From Nannocystales bacterium (GTDB lineage Bacteria; Myxococcota_A; Polyangia; Nannocystales; Nannocystaceae): 64,000 nucleotides of DNA. Numbering within the stretch: position 1 is the stretch's first letter; each line of letters starts with the position of its first letter. The translations under genes were made by a program, and so were the position numbers. Location of the stretch: NCBI GenBank assembly GCA_050633305.1, contig JBOEGF010000005.1, positions 427,372 to 491,371 of the forward strand. The letters run 5' to 3'. The notes below the pieces were generated by a model. The model worked only from the letters and a program-made list of their open reading frames with translations. It was not told the origin of the DNA and did not search any database. Positions 17,829 through 27,262 of the stretch are shown here, piece after piece.

Positions 17829-19408
17829 ATGCATGTCGCCCGGATCTCGCGTTCTCTGCTTGCCGCGCTGTCGCTTCTCGCCATCACCGGTTGTGACGAC
17901 CTTCTCGGAGGGTCGTCGGACGACCAGGCCGAGGCGACGAAGTCCGAGCCCTCGGAGACGGAGGAAAAGAAGGACGAGGCGGAGAAGGAGGCCGACGGCG
18001 AGCCCGAGCCCGTCGCGGTTGTGAAGCCGGACCTTCCTCCGGAAGCGCCGAAGGAGATCGCAGGGCTGCCGTGCTCCGATGGCACAGTTGCTCGAGGCGC
18101 CGCTCCCCCCGACGGACATGAAGCGTGGTGCGAGAAGCCTGCTGATGGGGATGGAGTCGGTGTGCGGCACGGACGGTTTATCCGGTGGCACGACGCTTCG
18201 GAGCAGAAGTGGCGCGAGGGCGACTACCGTGACGGCAAGCGGCACGGCTCATGGACGACCTGGCACGAGGGCGGTGAAAAGGCCGAGGAGGGGGAGTACG
18301 CGGACGACCTGAAGTCCGGTGCTTGGACCCACTACGGCGCGGACGGAAAGAAGACATCCGAGGCTCAGTTTCGGGATGGAAAACGTCAGGGCACCTCCAA
18401 GACGTTCTTTGCAGACGGGACACCGGAGACTCAGTCGGAGTTCAAGGATGACGTCGAGACCGGAACGTTCGTTCGCTTTCACACCAACGGAAAGAAGGCC
18501 GAGGAGGGCGCATACAAGGAGGGCCGGAAGGACGGGACGTGGCGTACGTTCGACGAGTCCGAGGCTTCGCTGACCGAGGAGGTTTGGAAGGATGGAGTGC
18601 TCGAGCCGAGTGACACGATCTGTGGCGAGGAACTCGTGGCTGGGGGCGCGGCCCCTCCAAAGGGGCTGGAGCAGTGGTGTGAAACCAAGGGCGGCAAGCG
18701 CCAGGGGCCCTACAACAAGTGGTTCGAGGCGAAGACCGAAGACACGCCCCAACTCGAACTCACCGGCTCCTACGACGACGGCCAGAAGACCGGCAAATGG
18801 AGCACGTACTACGAGGACGGCGACCTTCGCGAAGAGGTGACGTACCGAGAGAACCGCCGCGAGGGCGAGTTCCTGGGCTACTGGCAAAATGCGCAGAAGC
18901 GGGTCGAGGGCGAGTACTGGGACAACCGAAAGCAGGGGGCCTGGACGTACTGGTACGGCGGTGGCCAGAAGAACGAGGAGGGCGACTTCAAGCGCGGTCA
19001 GAAGCAGGGCGAGTGGCTAGGCTGGCACCCCGGCGGGGAGCGTCGTTACATCGAGAACTACAGCGACGGCAAGCGAGAGGGCCTGGCTGAGACCTTCCAC
19101 AAAAACGACAAGCTCGAGTCCAAGGGCAAGTACAAGGACGACAAGAAGCACGGCAAGTGGACGTTCTTCGACGACACCGGAAAGAAGACCGGGACCTCCA
19201 AGTTCATCGCCGGTGAAGAGACCGAGGCGGACGAGGTCCCCGTGAAGCCGGACCCCAAGCCAGATACAAAGCCGGACACCAAACCAGACACGAAGCCGGA
19301 CCCCAAACCAGATCCGAAGCCTCCCGTGCCGACGCCGGACGCGAAGAAGAAAAAGAAGAAGGGCAAGAAGGGGAAAAGAAGAAGGGCAAGAAGGGGAAGA
19401 AGAAGTAG
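17829..19408 (+). CDS. MORN-repeat (YwqK-like) lipoprotein; probable 1-nt indel near 19375, true stop probably TAG at 19406-19408
   Basis: AITGC lipobox; many EG.Y.DG.K.G.W..Y..NG repeats; KPDT/KPDP linker; poly-Lys tail continues in the -1 frame to TAG (uncorrected ORF runs to 19541). Confidence 0.8.
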
Positions 19409-19443
19409 GCCAAGCGATTCGCGGGCCAAGCGATTCGCAGTCC

Positions 19444-19498
19444 GAATCGCGGGGGAGGGCGGAAGCGATTCGCAAAGCGAATTGCGTGCCCTCGAGGA
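19444..19498 (+). repeat. ~55-bp intergenic repeat, copy 2, preceded by two extra AAGCGATTCGC motifs (19412-19438)
   Basis: gaatcgcgggggagggcggaagcgattcgcaaagcgaattgcgtgccctcgagga matches the reverse complement of 16531-16585. Confidence 0.75.
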
Positions 19499-19525
19499 CC
19501 TCCGCAGACCTCCTCCCCCGATCCC

Positions 19526-20113
19526 CTACGCCGGGATGTGAAAGCAGATCCCGCCGTCGCAGGTCATCCCGTCCGGACACGTCTGCCCTGCGTCGCACGC
19601 CAACACGCATGCCGTCCCACCACCCTTGAGCGTCTCGCGGCAGACCGACGGCGCGTCCCCGCTGGGCGGTGCGTTGAAGCAGTCGCAGTCGTCGACGCAG
19701 TCGCGGATCATGCAGACGTTCGAGCCCTCGGTGGGTCCGTTGAGACAGCCCACTGTGCCGACGGACGCTCCGGTGCCCATGTAGTTGCATTGCGTGTTGT
19801 CGGTGCCACCGTTCTCATCCACGCAGGCGTTGTACTCGCCGATGACCGGTGGGTCGCACGCGTTGGGGTTGCCCGTCGAGCTGCTGCCCTCTGCCACGCC
19901 GGTGGAGCTGCTTCCCTCTGCCACGCCGGTGGAGCTTCCTGAGCTGCTCCCGGATGTCGTCCCTGGATCCGTCGTGGTCCCCCCTGTGCCCGCGGAGTTC
20001 GTGGTCGTCCCGGACGCCATGCCCGTGCTTCCCGGGGCTCCGGTATCGTCCCCATCGCCGTCACAGGCCCCTAGAAGCAACACAGCGGCACATCCCAAGA
20101 CAAAACGCGTCAT
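19526..20113 (-). CDS. Lipoprotein with Ser/Thr/Gly stalk and one 14-Cys domain (paralog of the 16666 protein's domains)
   Basis: LLGAC lipobox; CVDDCDCFNAPPSGDAPSVC...CPDGMTC; 30-bp tandem repeat encoding SSTGVAEGSS. Confidence 0.8.
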   Translation of the reverse strand: MTRFVLGCAAVLLLGACDGDGDDTGAPGSTGMASGTTTNSAGTGGTTTDPGTTSGSSSGSSTGVAEGSSSTGVAEGSSSTGNPNACDPPVIGEYNACVDENGGTDNTQCNYMGTGASVGTVGCLNGPTEGSNVCMIRDCVDDCDCFNAPPSGDAPSVCRETLKGGGTACVLACDAGQTCPDGMTCDGGICFHIPA

Positions 20114-20178
20114 TCCCCGAGTATCTCGCACGCACGGCGCGCCCCACAACTCCCGTGCGGAACGTATGCTCCGCGCCG

Positions 20179-20892
20179 ATGCGACGCCTTTCGCTCCTGC
20201 TCCTGCACATGGTCATTGCAGGCGGCTGTGCCCACGAGGCAGCCTCGAAGGTTGTGGACCCTTTGCTGCTGGCCGAGGGGACGATGCTCGAACGAAGCTC
20301 GGGGTCTCGAGGAGGCTTCGTGCTCGGCGACTTCACCTTCGAGCGGACGAACCTCGATCGGACACCCGCGCCCAACGCCAGCACCGGGCTCTCGCCGGAC
20401 GGTCTCAGCCGGCCGGCGGAGCGGCTCGATTTGCAGATGACGATGTTGGCTGAGGACCGCCGGTGGACGGGGGTATGCAAGGCGTTGCGGGAACCAACCG
20501 GGCGCCAGGACTACGCCGCGGTGACCGAAGAATTCCACGACATGGTGCAGATCGACTGCACCTTCGAGAGCGGCGCCAGCACTTGGAGCTTCGCGATGAA
20601 GGGATCGCTCGCGACGAACCTAGGCGGCATCCTCAGCCCCAAGCACCGAGCCGTCGAGGGCGGTGGCCTCGAGGTCGAGGTGCTGATGTGGCGCGACGTG
20701 TGGGGTCGAGTCCGCCGCCAGATCCCCGAACCCGTGGGCCAGGTTCGGCTCAAGCGGTCAACGTCGGCGGCCATGATTCTGGCGCGGCCGGAAAAAGCGT
20801 GGTTCGCCCCGAGCACGCCGCAGGAGCTCCTCGACGCGGCGATGGTCACACTGGGAGCCCTTCGCATGCTCCCGCTGGGGTTCGAGGGCTGA
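20179..20892 (+). CDS. Hypothetical lipoprotein
   Basis: MRRLSLLLLHMVIAGGC signal/lipobox; typical codon usage; TATGCT 8 nt upstream. Confidence 0.7.
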   Translation: MRRLSLLLLHMVIAGGCAHEAASKVVDPLLLAEGTMLERSSGSRGGFVLGDFTFERTNLDRTPAPNASTGLSPDGLSRPAERLDLQMTMLAEDRRWTGVCKALREPTGRQDYAAVTEEFHDMVQIDCTFESGASTWSFAMKGSLATNLGGILSPKHRAVEGGGLEVEVLMWRDVWGRVRRQIPEPVGQVRLKRSTSAAMILARPEKAWFAPSTPQELLDAAMVTLGALRMLPLGFEG

Positions 20893-20899
20893 GGGCCGT

Positions 20900-21607
20900 T
20901 CAGGTTTTGGCGTCGGTCACGACGGGTTCGACCGCGGCGGGCGCGGGCAGGGACGGCTCGTAGCTTGGCTCGGTGGACATCCACCAATCGAGCTCGAGGT
21001 TGCCAGCGATTCCGTCCGCGGCTTCGAGTTCCTGGAACAGTCGTGCGTAGCGGCGCATGACATCCTCGTCGGAGCGCTTGACGTAGTCCACCGCCTCGCC
21101 AAGCGCGACGATTCGGGGCCGGGATGGCTGGAGCTTGTCCGTGGTTCCCAGATCGTCCTTGCCGGCCTCGCGCCATGCGACGAGCTCCGGCCTCCCGAAG
21201 GCGTCTTTCTCGTCCAGAAGCCGGGAGGCCCAAGCCTCGAGTTTGAACGCATAGTGCTCGAACGTGCCGCGTTCGGGATCGAAGCGCACGATGGCGTCCC
21301 GGTACATGGCGAACCCGTGTCCGAATACGTCGTCCGCGAAGAACAAGAGCTCGCTCGATCTCGAGTACGGTTTGCGCCACCCAGTGAGGCGGTTCCAGGC
21401 CTGGATGCCGGCTGTCGTGGCGACCGTCACGGAAGGCCGGATCAGCAACGCCCCGTCGAGGGCTCGAAATCCGTCGCGCAGGTGGAGGACCGTTTCGAGT
21501 TCCAGGCGGCGCTCCTTGGCGAGGGTGACTGGGAGATCCCGTAGCCGCTGCGGTGTGCGGCTGACCGGAACCCCCGCCGACTTGATCAGCTGTGCGAGGG
21601 CCGACAT
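20900..21607 (-). CDS. SMI1/KNR4-like (immunity-type) protein
   Basis: RDGFRALDGALLIRP, WN...WR..Y, LLFFADDVFG..F, VRFDPERG, LEAWA. Confidence 0.65.
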   Translation of the reverse strand: MSALAQLIKSAGVPVSRTPQRLRDLPVTLAKERRLELETVLHLRDGFRALDGALLIRPSVTVATTAGIQAWNRLTGWRKPYSRSSELLFFADDVFGHGFAMYRDAIVRFDPERGTFEHYAFKLEAWASRLLDEKDAFGRPELVAWREAGKDDLGTTDKLQPSRPRIVALGEAVDYVKRSDEDVMRRYARLFQELEAADGIAGNLELDWWMSTEPSYEPSLPAPAAVEPVVTDAKT

Positions 21608-21764
21608 GGCGGGAGGATAACAACGCCCATCGGTCCTGCATTTCAGGGGTGCGCAAGTCGGGCAAGCGGTTGCACAACTCGAGCAACTTCAGCTTCCGAA
21701 GCCGCGCAAGTCCGTGAAAACCCGTCCCGTTCCGCCGGCATGGTCGGTGCTTTACCTACCTCCC

Positions 21765-23090
21765 GTGAACGCGCATCGGACCCTCTCGCTCCTGCTCGCG
21801 ACGCTTGCCTCCTGCTCGCATCGACCCGCACCGACGGAGGCTGCCCCCGATGAAGCCCGAAGTTCACCCGCTCTGGAGCTGGCGCCGGCACCGGTCGGGA
21901 CCCGTCGCGCGCCGCGGGAAGTCTCGCGCGGGGAGGACGAGGAGGTCATCGTGGTGGAGGACATTCCCGACGGCTCGTACATCCTGCGCGCACCCTCGGT
22001 CATTCGTGCCGCCCCGCAAGCGGATGCCGTCGCGCTGGGTGTCCTCGCAGTTGGAACTCGGCTGCCACGTCTCGAGCCCATCGACGCGCCCGGGTGCAAG
22101 GGCGGCTGGGTTCCGGTGGAACCTCGAGGTTTCGCCTGTGTCGCGTTGGACGTTGTGGAGCACGAGCCTCGCGCACTGGTCCAGCCGGTCATGCGTGGAA
22201 CCGCGATGCTGCCGACGGTCTACGGTCGGGTGCGACGCGATGCGAAGGTGTATGCGGACGCAGATGCAGTGCGGGCCGGCCTTGGCGCGCTGCCGACGGT
22301 CTCTTTGACCGTCGAATGTCGAGGGTCGGTGAAGATCGCAGGGGTTACGTACTGGCGCACGCGTCATGGGTTGATCGCCCGCGGCGACGTTCGACGCCTG
22401 CGGGGCTCACGGTTCGAGGGGGTGGCGCTGGACGGGGGCGTGAGCCTCCCGGTCGCCTGGACGCTCCCGGGCGAGCGTCGCTCGGTGCCGGTCCGCTCCA
22501 AGCCGTCGAAGCGCGCACGAACGATAGGACGGCTGCCGGCCCACACCGCATTGACCGAACCCGATTTGGCTTTGGACGCCGACTTCGTCGAGGTTCCAGG
22601 CGAGGGGTGGGTCGCTCGCAAAGACATGCGTGTCGCGCTGCCGGCCGAGGTTCCCACGGACCTTCAGCCTGACGAGTTGTGGCTCGATGTGAACCTGCCC
22701 GAGCAAACCCTGGTGGCCTATCGCGGCGAGACGCCGGTCTACGCCACGTTGGTCTCCACCGGGAAGGCCCGCTACGAGACGCCCGTGGGCGAGTTCCGGA
22801 TCGAGCGCAAGGTGTCGATGCGAACGATGAACAGCCGCCAGGGCGCGAAGGAAACCTATGCCGTCGACAAGGTTCCATGGACCGCCTATTTCAAGGACAG
22901 CTACGCGCTCCACACCGCGTACTGGCACTCGGGCTTCGGTCGCGTTCGTTCCCACGGGTGCATCAACCTCGCGCCCGCCGACGCACAACGCATCTATGGG
23001 TGGATGGGACCGCACGCCGCGCCCGGGTGGCGAGAGGTGTACGCGACCGACGAACAGCCCGGCACGCGTGTCGTGATTCGAAACGGCTGA
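21765..23090 (+). CDS. L,D-transpeptidase (YkuD family) lipoprotein
   Basis: LASC lipobox; WLDVNLPEQTLVAY, VSTGK, TPVGEF, catalytic ALHTAYWH...SHGCINL. Confidence 0.9.
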   Translation: MNAHRTLSLLLATLASCSHRPAPTEAAPDEARSSPALELAPAPVGTRRAPREVSRGEDEEVIVVEDIPDGSYILRAPSVIRAAPQADAVALGVLAVGTRLPRLEPIDAPGCKGGWVPVEPRGFACVALDVVEHEPRALVQPVMRGTAMLPTVYGRVRRDAKVYADADAVRAGLGALPTVSLTVECRGSVKIAGVTYWRTRHGLIARGDVRRLRGSRFEGVALDGGVSLPVAWTLPGERRSVPVRSKPSKRARTIGRLPAHTALTEPDLALDADFVEVPGEGWVARKDMRVALPAEVPTDLQPDELWLDVNLPEQTLVAYRGETPVYATLVSTGKARYETPVGEFRIERKVSMRTMNSRQGAKETYAVDKVPWTAYFKDSYALHTAYWHSGFGRVRSHGCINLAPADAQRIYGWMGPHAAPGWREVYATDEQPGTRVVIRNG

Positions 23091-23112
23091 GGCCCGAGGT
23101 TCTGAACCAAAG

Positions 23113-23150
23113 GAAAAGGCGCGGCGCCCAGGTGGACGTCACGCCTTTTC
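23113..23150. terminator. Probable bidirectional intrinsic terminator between convergent genes
   Basis: gaaaaggcg...cgccttttc inverted repeat with A/T tracts on both sides. Confidence 0.65.
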
Positions 23151-23168
23151 TACGACAAGAGCGTCTTC

Positions 23169-24746
23169 CTACCAGCGGTAGGTGAACAGCAGTCTTGCTT
23201 CTTGTGAGTCGGCGAAGGTGCCCTCGGCGAACCCCGTTTCTTCGCGCCGGTTCTGGTAGACGGCCGATGCGAAGAAGACGTTGCGCCACAGGTACACGTG
23301 GGCGGCGGTGCGCCATTGGGTGGACTGAAGCTGGCGACGGAGGTCGGCTTGCACGTCGTCGGCATCGGGCGGCGAGTCGAAGTCGGAAGCGAGGAACTGA
23401 CCGAAGTCGGCCGCGAGCAGGATGCGCTTCTCCCATGCGAGGAAGCCGAGCTGCGCATTGTAGGCGTTCTGGAAGTTCCCGAATTCGAGTTCGCGCTTGC
23501 CGTAGTACTCGCCCTGCAGGTGGAAGCGCCAGTAGCGGAAGATCGTCTGAGCGTTCCAGGCGGGGTAGCGCTCTTGAGCCCTCTGATCGTACTTCACGCC
23601 GCCGACCAGGGCGAGCGTCATGGGCGACTTCGTGTACAGGAACGGAGTATCCCAGCGGTTGTAGTAGCCGATGATGTTGGACCAGACCTGACCACCGACG
23701 GACCACGTGTAGCGCGTGTTGCCGTCAGGGAAGAAGGTTCCGCCAAGGTTGCCGTTGAAGCGGCCTGAACCACCGGCTGCGAAGGCGCGGTAGAGGAACC
23801 GGCTCTTCTTGTCGATGGGTCCACCGAACTCGAGCGCGGCGCCGTTGCCCTGCTCGAAGCCGTTGTAGAGGTAAAACGCTTGGTCGACGAGCAGTCGCTT
23901 GTGTACGGAGCGAACGGGCTCGAGCGCCAGACCGCCCCCACCGCTGTTGATGTTGAAGTAGTGGCCCTTCTTGCCGATCGGAACCTGGAACAGGGCGAAC
24001 GTGACTCGGGGGGTCTTCTCGACGCGGGAGCTGATCAGGAAGAACGAGTTCTGGATGAACGGCATCTGGCCGAGTACCCGGAGCTGGAGGCTCTCGAACT
24101 CGGTGGTGAACTGTTCGTCTTCGGTGTTGTAGCCGAGCGCTTCAATGCGGCCCACGAGCGAGAGCCGGAAGTCGCCCGAGGGCTGGCAGATCGTGACCTG
24201 TGTATCGAGCCGACATCCAATGTCTTCGCAGTCGATACGGCCGTCGTCATCGTTGTCGATGCCGTCCGAGCACAGGACGTTGGAGTTCTCGCCGAAGTTG
24301 TCGTCTTCGGCGACAACCGTGGGGGCTCCGGTCACGACGTTGCCCGAGGACCCGCCGACCGTTGTGTTTCCAGAGCCGGCAGAACCCGACTCTGGGACGG
24401 CGCCTCCGGCCATCTCGGTGTCCCAAGATCCGTAGCAAGCCGTGCTGCCGTTGCAGTCATCGTCATCGCAGTCGACGTAGCCGTCGGCGTCGTTGTCGAT
24501 CCAGTCCTCGCAACGTTCGGGCGTGTTCTCGGGTTCGCCGTCGGAGGCGCAGGCCGGGTCCTTCTTGCAGTCGTTGTCCCCGCAATCGAAGACGAGGTCG
24601 CCGTCGTTGTCCTGACCATCGTCGCAGACCGTCTCTTTGGCGGTCCCGTCCGGAGCGGCCATCGCAGTCGCACCCGTCAGGAACGTGAAGACGAATGCAA
24701 CCGGCCCGAGTAGGCGCAGCAGGTTGGTGGAAGTGCAGAGCGTCAT
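23169..24746 (-). CDS. Outer-membrane beta-barrel/porin-like protein with three N-terminal Cys/Asp (CxDGxDNDxDGxxDCxDxxC) repeats
   Basis: Signal peptide ending AMA-A; three acidic repeats; amphipathic beta-strands ending LLFTYRW (aromatic C-terminus). Confidence 0.7.
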   Translation of the reverse strand: MTLCTSTNLLRLLGPVAFVFTFLTGATAMAAPDGTAKETVCDDGQDNDGDLVFDCGDNDCKKDPACASDGEPENTPERCEDWIDNDADGYVDCDDDDCNGSTACYGSWDTEMAGGAVPESGSAGSGNTTVGGSSGNVVTGAPTVVAEDDNFGENSNVLCSDGIDNDDDGRIDCEDIGCRLDTQVTICQPSGDFRLSLVGRIEALGYNTEDEQFTTEFESLQLRVLGQMPFIQNSFFLISSRVEKTPRVTFALFQVPIGKKGHYFNINSGGGGLALEPVRSVHKRLLVDQAFYLYNGFEQGNGAALEFGGPIDKKSRFLYRAFAAGGSGRFNGNLGGTFFPDGNTRYTWSVGGQVWSNIIGYYNRWDTPFLYTKSPMTLALVGGVKYDQRAQERYPAWNAQTIFRYWRFHLQGEYYGKRELEFGNFQNAYNAQLGFLAWEKRILLAADFGQFLASDFDSPPDADDVQADLRRQLQSTQWRTAAHVYLWRNVFFASAVYQNRREETGFAEGTFADSQEARLLFTYRW

Positions 24747-24750
24747 CGGA

Positions 24751-26190
24751 TTACTCGGTGTCGGATTCGGATTCGGAGTCATCTGCACTCGGGCGGGTCG
24801 GGCCCATCCATTCGCAGACACGGGGGCCGTCGTTGCAGACGGTGACCAGGGGGTCGTACGCGCAGTCGAAGTCTTCACAGTCGACGAATCCGTCGAGGTC
24901 TTCGTCCTCGCCATTGGTGCAGCGCTCGTTGGCAGCGTCGCGTTGAGCGTCGCCGGGGTCATCCTGCGCATCGATGACGCCATCGAAGTTCATGTCGAAA
25001 GCGTTGGTACCGCTCTCCTTACAGGCGATGACGACCAGCGCGTCGTCGGCCTGCGCGCACCCAAAATCGGCACAGTCGATGAAGCCGTTGCCGTCGTTGT
25101 CGATGCCGTCCGTGCATCGCTCGAAGGTGTTCTCGAGCGACTCAGCGCAAAACTCGACGGCTTCCATGGACGCTCCGGACATGGCGTCCTGGCAGCTGAA
25201 GTCTTCGCAGTCGGTGAAACCGTCGGCATCGTTGTCCTCGCCGTCCGTGCACTCCTCGACGCTTGTCTCCTCGAACTGAGCGCAGGCCTCGACGACCGCC
25301 TGGTTTTCGCTCATCGAACAGCTGAAGTCGCTGCAATCGGCAAAGCCGTTGCCGTCGTTGTCTTCGCCGTCGGTACACTTCTCGATCGTGTCTTCGGCGC
25401 TCTCGCGGCAGAACAGTACAATCTGCTGGTTCGGGTTCATCGAGCAGCTGAAGTCACCGCAGTCGGTGAACATGTTGCCGTCGTTGTCGACGCCATCGGA
25501 GCACTTCTCCAGCGTGTCCTCCGGCTCCGGGTCGTTGCCGCAGACGGGGTCCGCGAAGCAGCCGGCGAGGTCTTCGCAGTCGGTCAGACCGTTCTGGTCG
25601 TTGTCGATTTCGTCGTCACAGTTGCCGACCTCGGCGCAGGGCCCGATCCCCGCGCAGTCCTCGTCGGCGCAATCGATGCCTTCGCCAAACCGGTCATCGT
25701 TGTCATTGTCGATGCCGTCGGAGCAGCGCTCGGGCGTGTTCTCGGCGCAAACGGTGACGAATTTGGCGTTGCGGCACCCGAAGTCCTCGCAGTCGGCGAA
25801 GCCGTTCTGGTCGTTGTCGAGGCCGTCTGTGCACAACTCGTTGGTGAACTCGCGTAGACAGCAGGTCTCGGCGATCGCTTGGCATTTGCGATCGCCACAG
25901 TCGAACTGACCGTTGTGGTCGTTGTCGATCCGGTCGAAGCAATCGTTGAACGAGTCCTCGGGCTGGACAGTGCCGTCGTCGGGGATGACTTCACCGCAGA
26001 GCACGGAGAACACGAGGCACTCGGGATCGCGGCAATCGATCAGGCCGTCGAAGTCGTTATCCTGGCCGTCTTGGCAGGCAAACTCGTCGATCTCGTAGCC
26101 GTACACGGGCAACGCGGGCGCCTGCCCGCACGAAGCGAGACCGAGCGCGGCCAGCCCGGCCAGCGTCAGGAATCGGGCTACTTGAGACAC
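24751..26190 (-). CDS. Lipoprotein with ten CxDGxDNDxNGFxDCxDFxC repeats (putative Ca-binding)
   Basis: LGLASC lipobox; ten repeats counted; start overlaps the nuclease stop. Confidence 0.85.
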   Translation of the reverse strand: MSQVARFLTLAGLAALGLASCGQAPALPVYGYEIDEFACQDGQDNDFDGLIDCRDPECLVFSVLCGEVIPDDGTVQPEDSFNDCFDRIDNDHNGQFDCGDRKCQAIAETCCLREFTNELCTDGLDNDQNGFADCEDFGCRNAKFVTVCAENTPERCSDGIDNDNDDRFGEGIDCADEDCAGIGPCAEVGNCDDEIDNDQNGLTDCEDLAGCFADPVCGNDPEPEDTLEKCSDGVDNDGNMFTDCGDFSCSMNPNQQIVLFCRESAEDTIEKCTDGEDNDGNGFADCSDFSCSMSENQAVVEACAQFEETSVEECTDGEDNDADGFTDCEDFSCQDAMSGASMEAVEFCAESLENTFERCTDGIDNDGNGFIDCADFGCAQADDALVVIACKESGTNAFDMNFDGVIDAQDDPGDAQRDAANERCTNGEDEDLDGFVDCEDFDCAYDPLVTVCNDGPRVCEWMGPTRPSADDSESESDTE

Positions 26191-27140
26191 GCTGCCCGCC
26201 CTTCACCGAATCGACGCTTGAAGTCGATGTGGAGCATACAGGCGCCGTCGCTGCGCTGCTGGTCGCCGAACTTTCCGGCGTTGGCGTAGTTGGCGAGCAG
26301 GTGCTGCTTGAACGCCTCGCGGTCGTCCTTCTTGACCGAGCGGTTGATGTGCCGGAACTCCGCGAACTCTTCGACCATGGCCCGCAGGTCGGCGTCGGAA
26401 AGGCCTGCGATCCAGCCTGCAGCGGCGGTGTCGGACTTGAGGGCGAGGGTCACCGCATCCACCGCATCGTCATCGATGTCGTAGACGCTGTGACAGACCT
26501 TGTCGCACTCCTTGTAGCGGGTGGTGTGTTTCCACTTCACCGAGTGCGCGTCCTCGGAGGACACCAGGCGGTTGTAGGTGCCCTTGCCGTTGACGTCTTC
26601 CTCGACGCTGTGCAGCGACGTGAGGATGAACTTCGGAACGCCGTGCGCCCACATGCCGCGCTTGTTCTCGATGGCTTCCTTCTGCGCCTCGAGCAGCACC
26701 GGTTTGGCCGGGTCGTCGTTGATGCTCATGGCGTGCGCGTAGCCGCCCCGAACCAACTCGACCGCCAGATCCTCGCACCACAGCAGTGTTCGTCCGTAGG
26801 TGTCAGTCTCGCCCGCGGTTTCGCAGTGCCAGACACCCTTGCGAGCCAGCAGCGTCGCCATCTTGGCGAGCACGTACATCTCTTTCTCGGTCCAGTCGCC
26901 CCAGCTGTGTACGGGGCCGTAGGACTCGAGCGTGTTGTAGCCCGCGAGTCGTGCCTTGGTGCCTTGGTATCCGCCACCCATGCCACGGAAGCTGTCTCCG
27001 TCGTTGAAGAAGACCGGCGTGGGCTTCCCGTTGATGAAGACCTTGGTCTGCGGTTCCTTCGCGCCGGCGGTCGGTGTGACGAGCGCGCCAACAGTGACGG
27101 CGACCAAAGCGGAGGCGAGTTTCCAGTTGCGGTACGACAT
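26178..27140 (-). CDS. Secreted thermonuclease (SNase family)
   Basis: Signal peptide; NDGDSF, RLAGYNTLE, DTYGRTL, LVRGGYA, AQKEAIENKRGMW. Confidence 0.85.
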   Translation of the reverse strand: MSYRNWKLASALVAVTVGALVTPTAGAKEPQTKVFINGKPTPVFFNDGDSFRGMGGGYQGTKARLAGYNTLESYGPVHSWGDWTEKEMYVLAKMATLLARKGVWHCETAGETDTYGRTLLWCEDLAVELVRGGYAHAMSINDDPAKPVLLEAQKEAIENKRGMWAHGVPKFILTSLHSVEEDVNGKGTYNRLVSSEDAHSVKWKHTTRYKECDKVCHSVYDIDDDAVDAVTLALKSDTAAAGWIAGLSDADLRAMVEEFAEFRHINRSVKKDDREAFKQHLLANYANAGKFGDQQRSDGACMLHIDFKRRFGEGRAACLK

Positions 27141-27262
27141 GGCGCGAACGGGCTCCGGGCCGCGGAGCCGGGCGCATCATGCGGGAAGGTGGGCTGCAGA
27201 AACAACCGAAACCCCCCGGCCCGCGGCGTGTGGCAGCCCCGGAGTCTGGGTCGTGGCGGTCC

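Noticed and set aside
19409..19541. Arg-rich C-terminal extension of the MORN protein
   Set aside because: Explained by a probable 1-nt indel; the region consists of intergenic repeat DNA
24637..25857. 406-aa plus-strand ORF with repeated AVAVVV motifs
   Set aside because: Antisense reading of the DNDGNG repeat lipoprotein
24751..26190. Regularly spaced DNA repeats resembling a CRISPR array
   Set aside because: Degenerate, in-frame protein-coding repeats; no identical direct repeats with unique spacers and no cas genes
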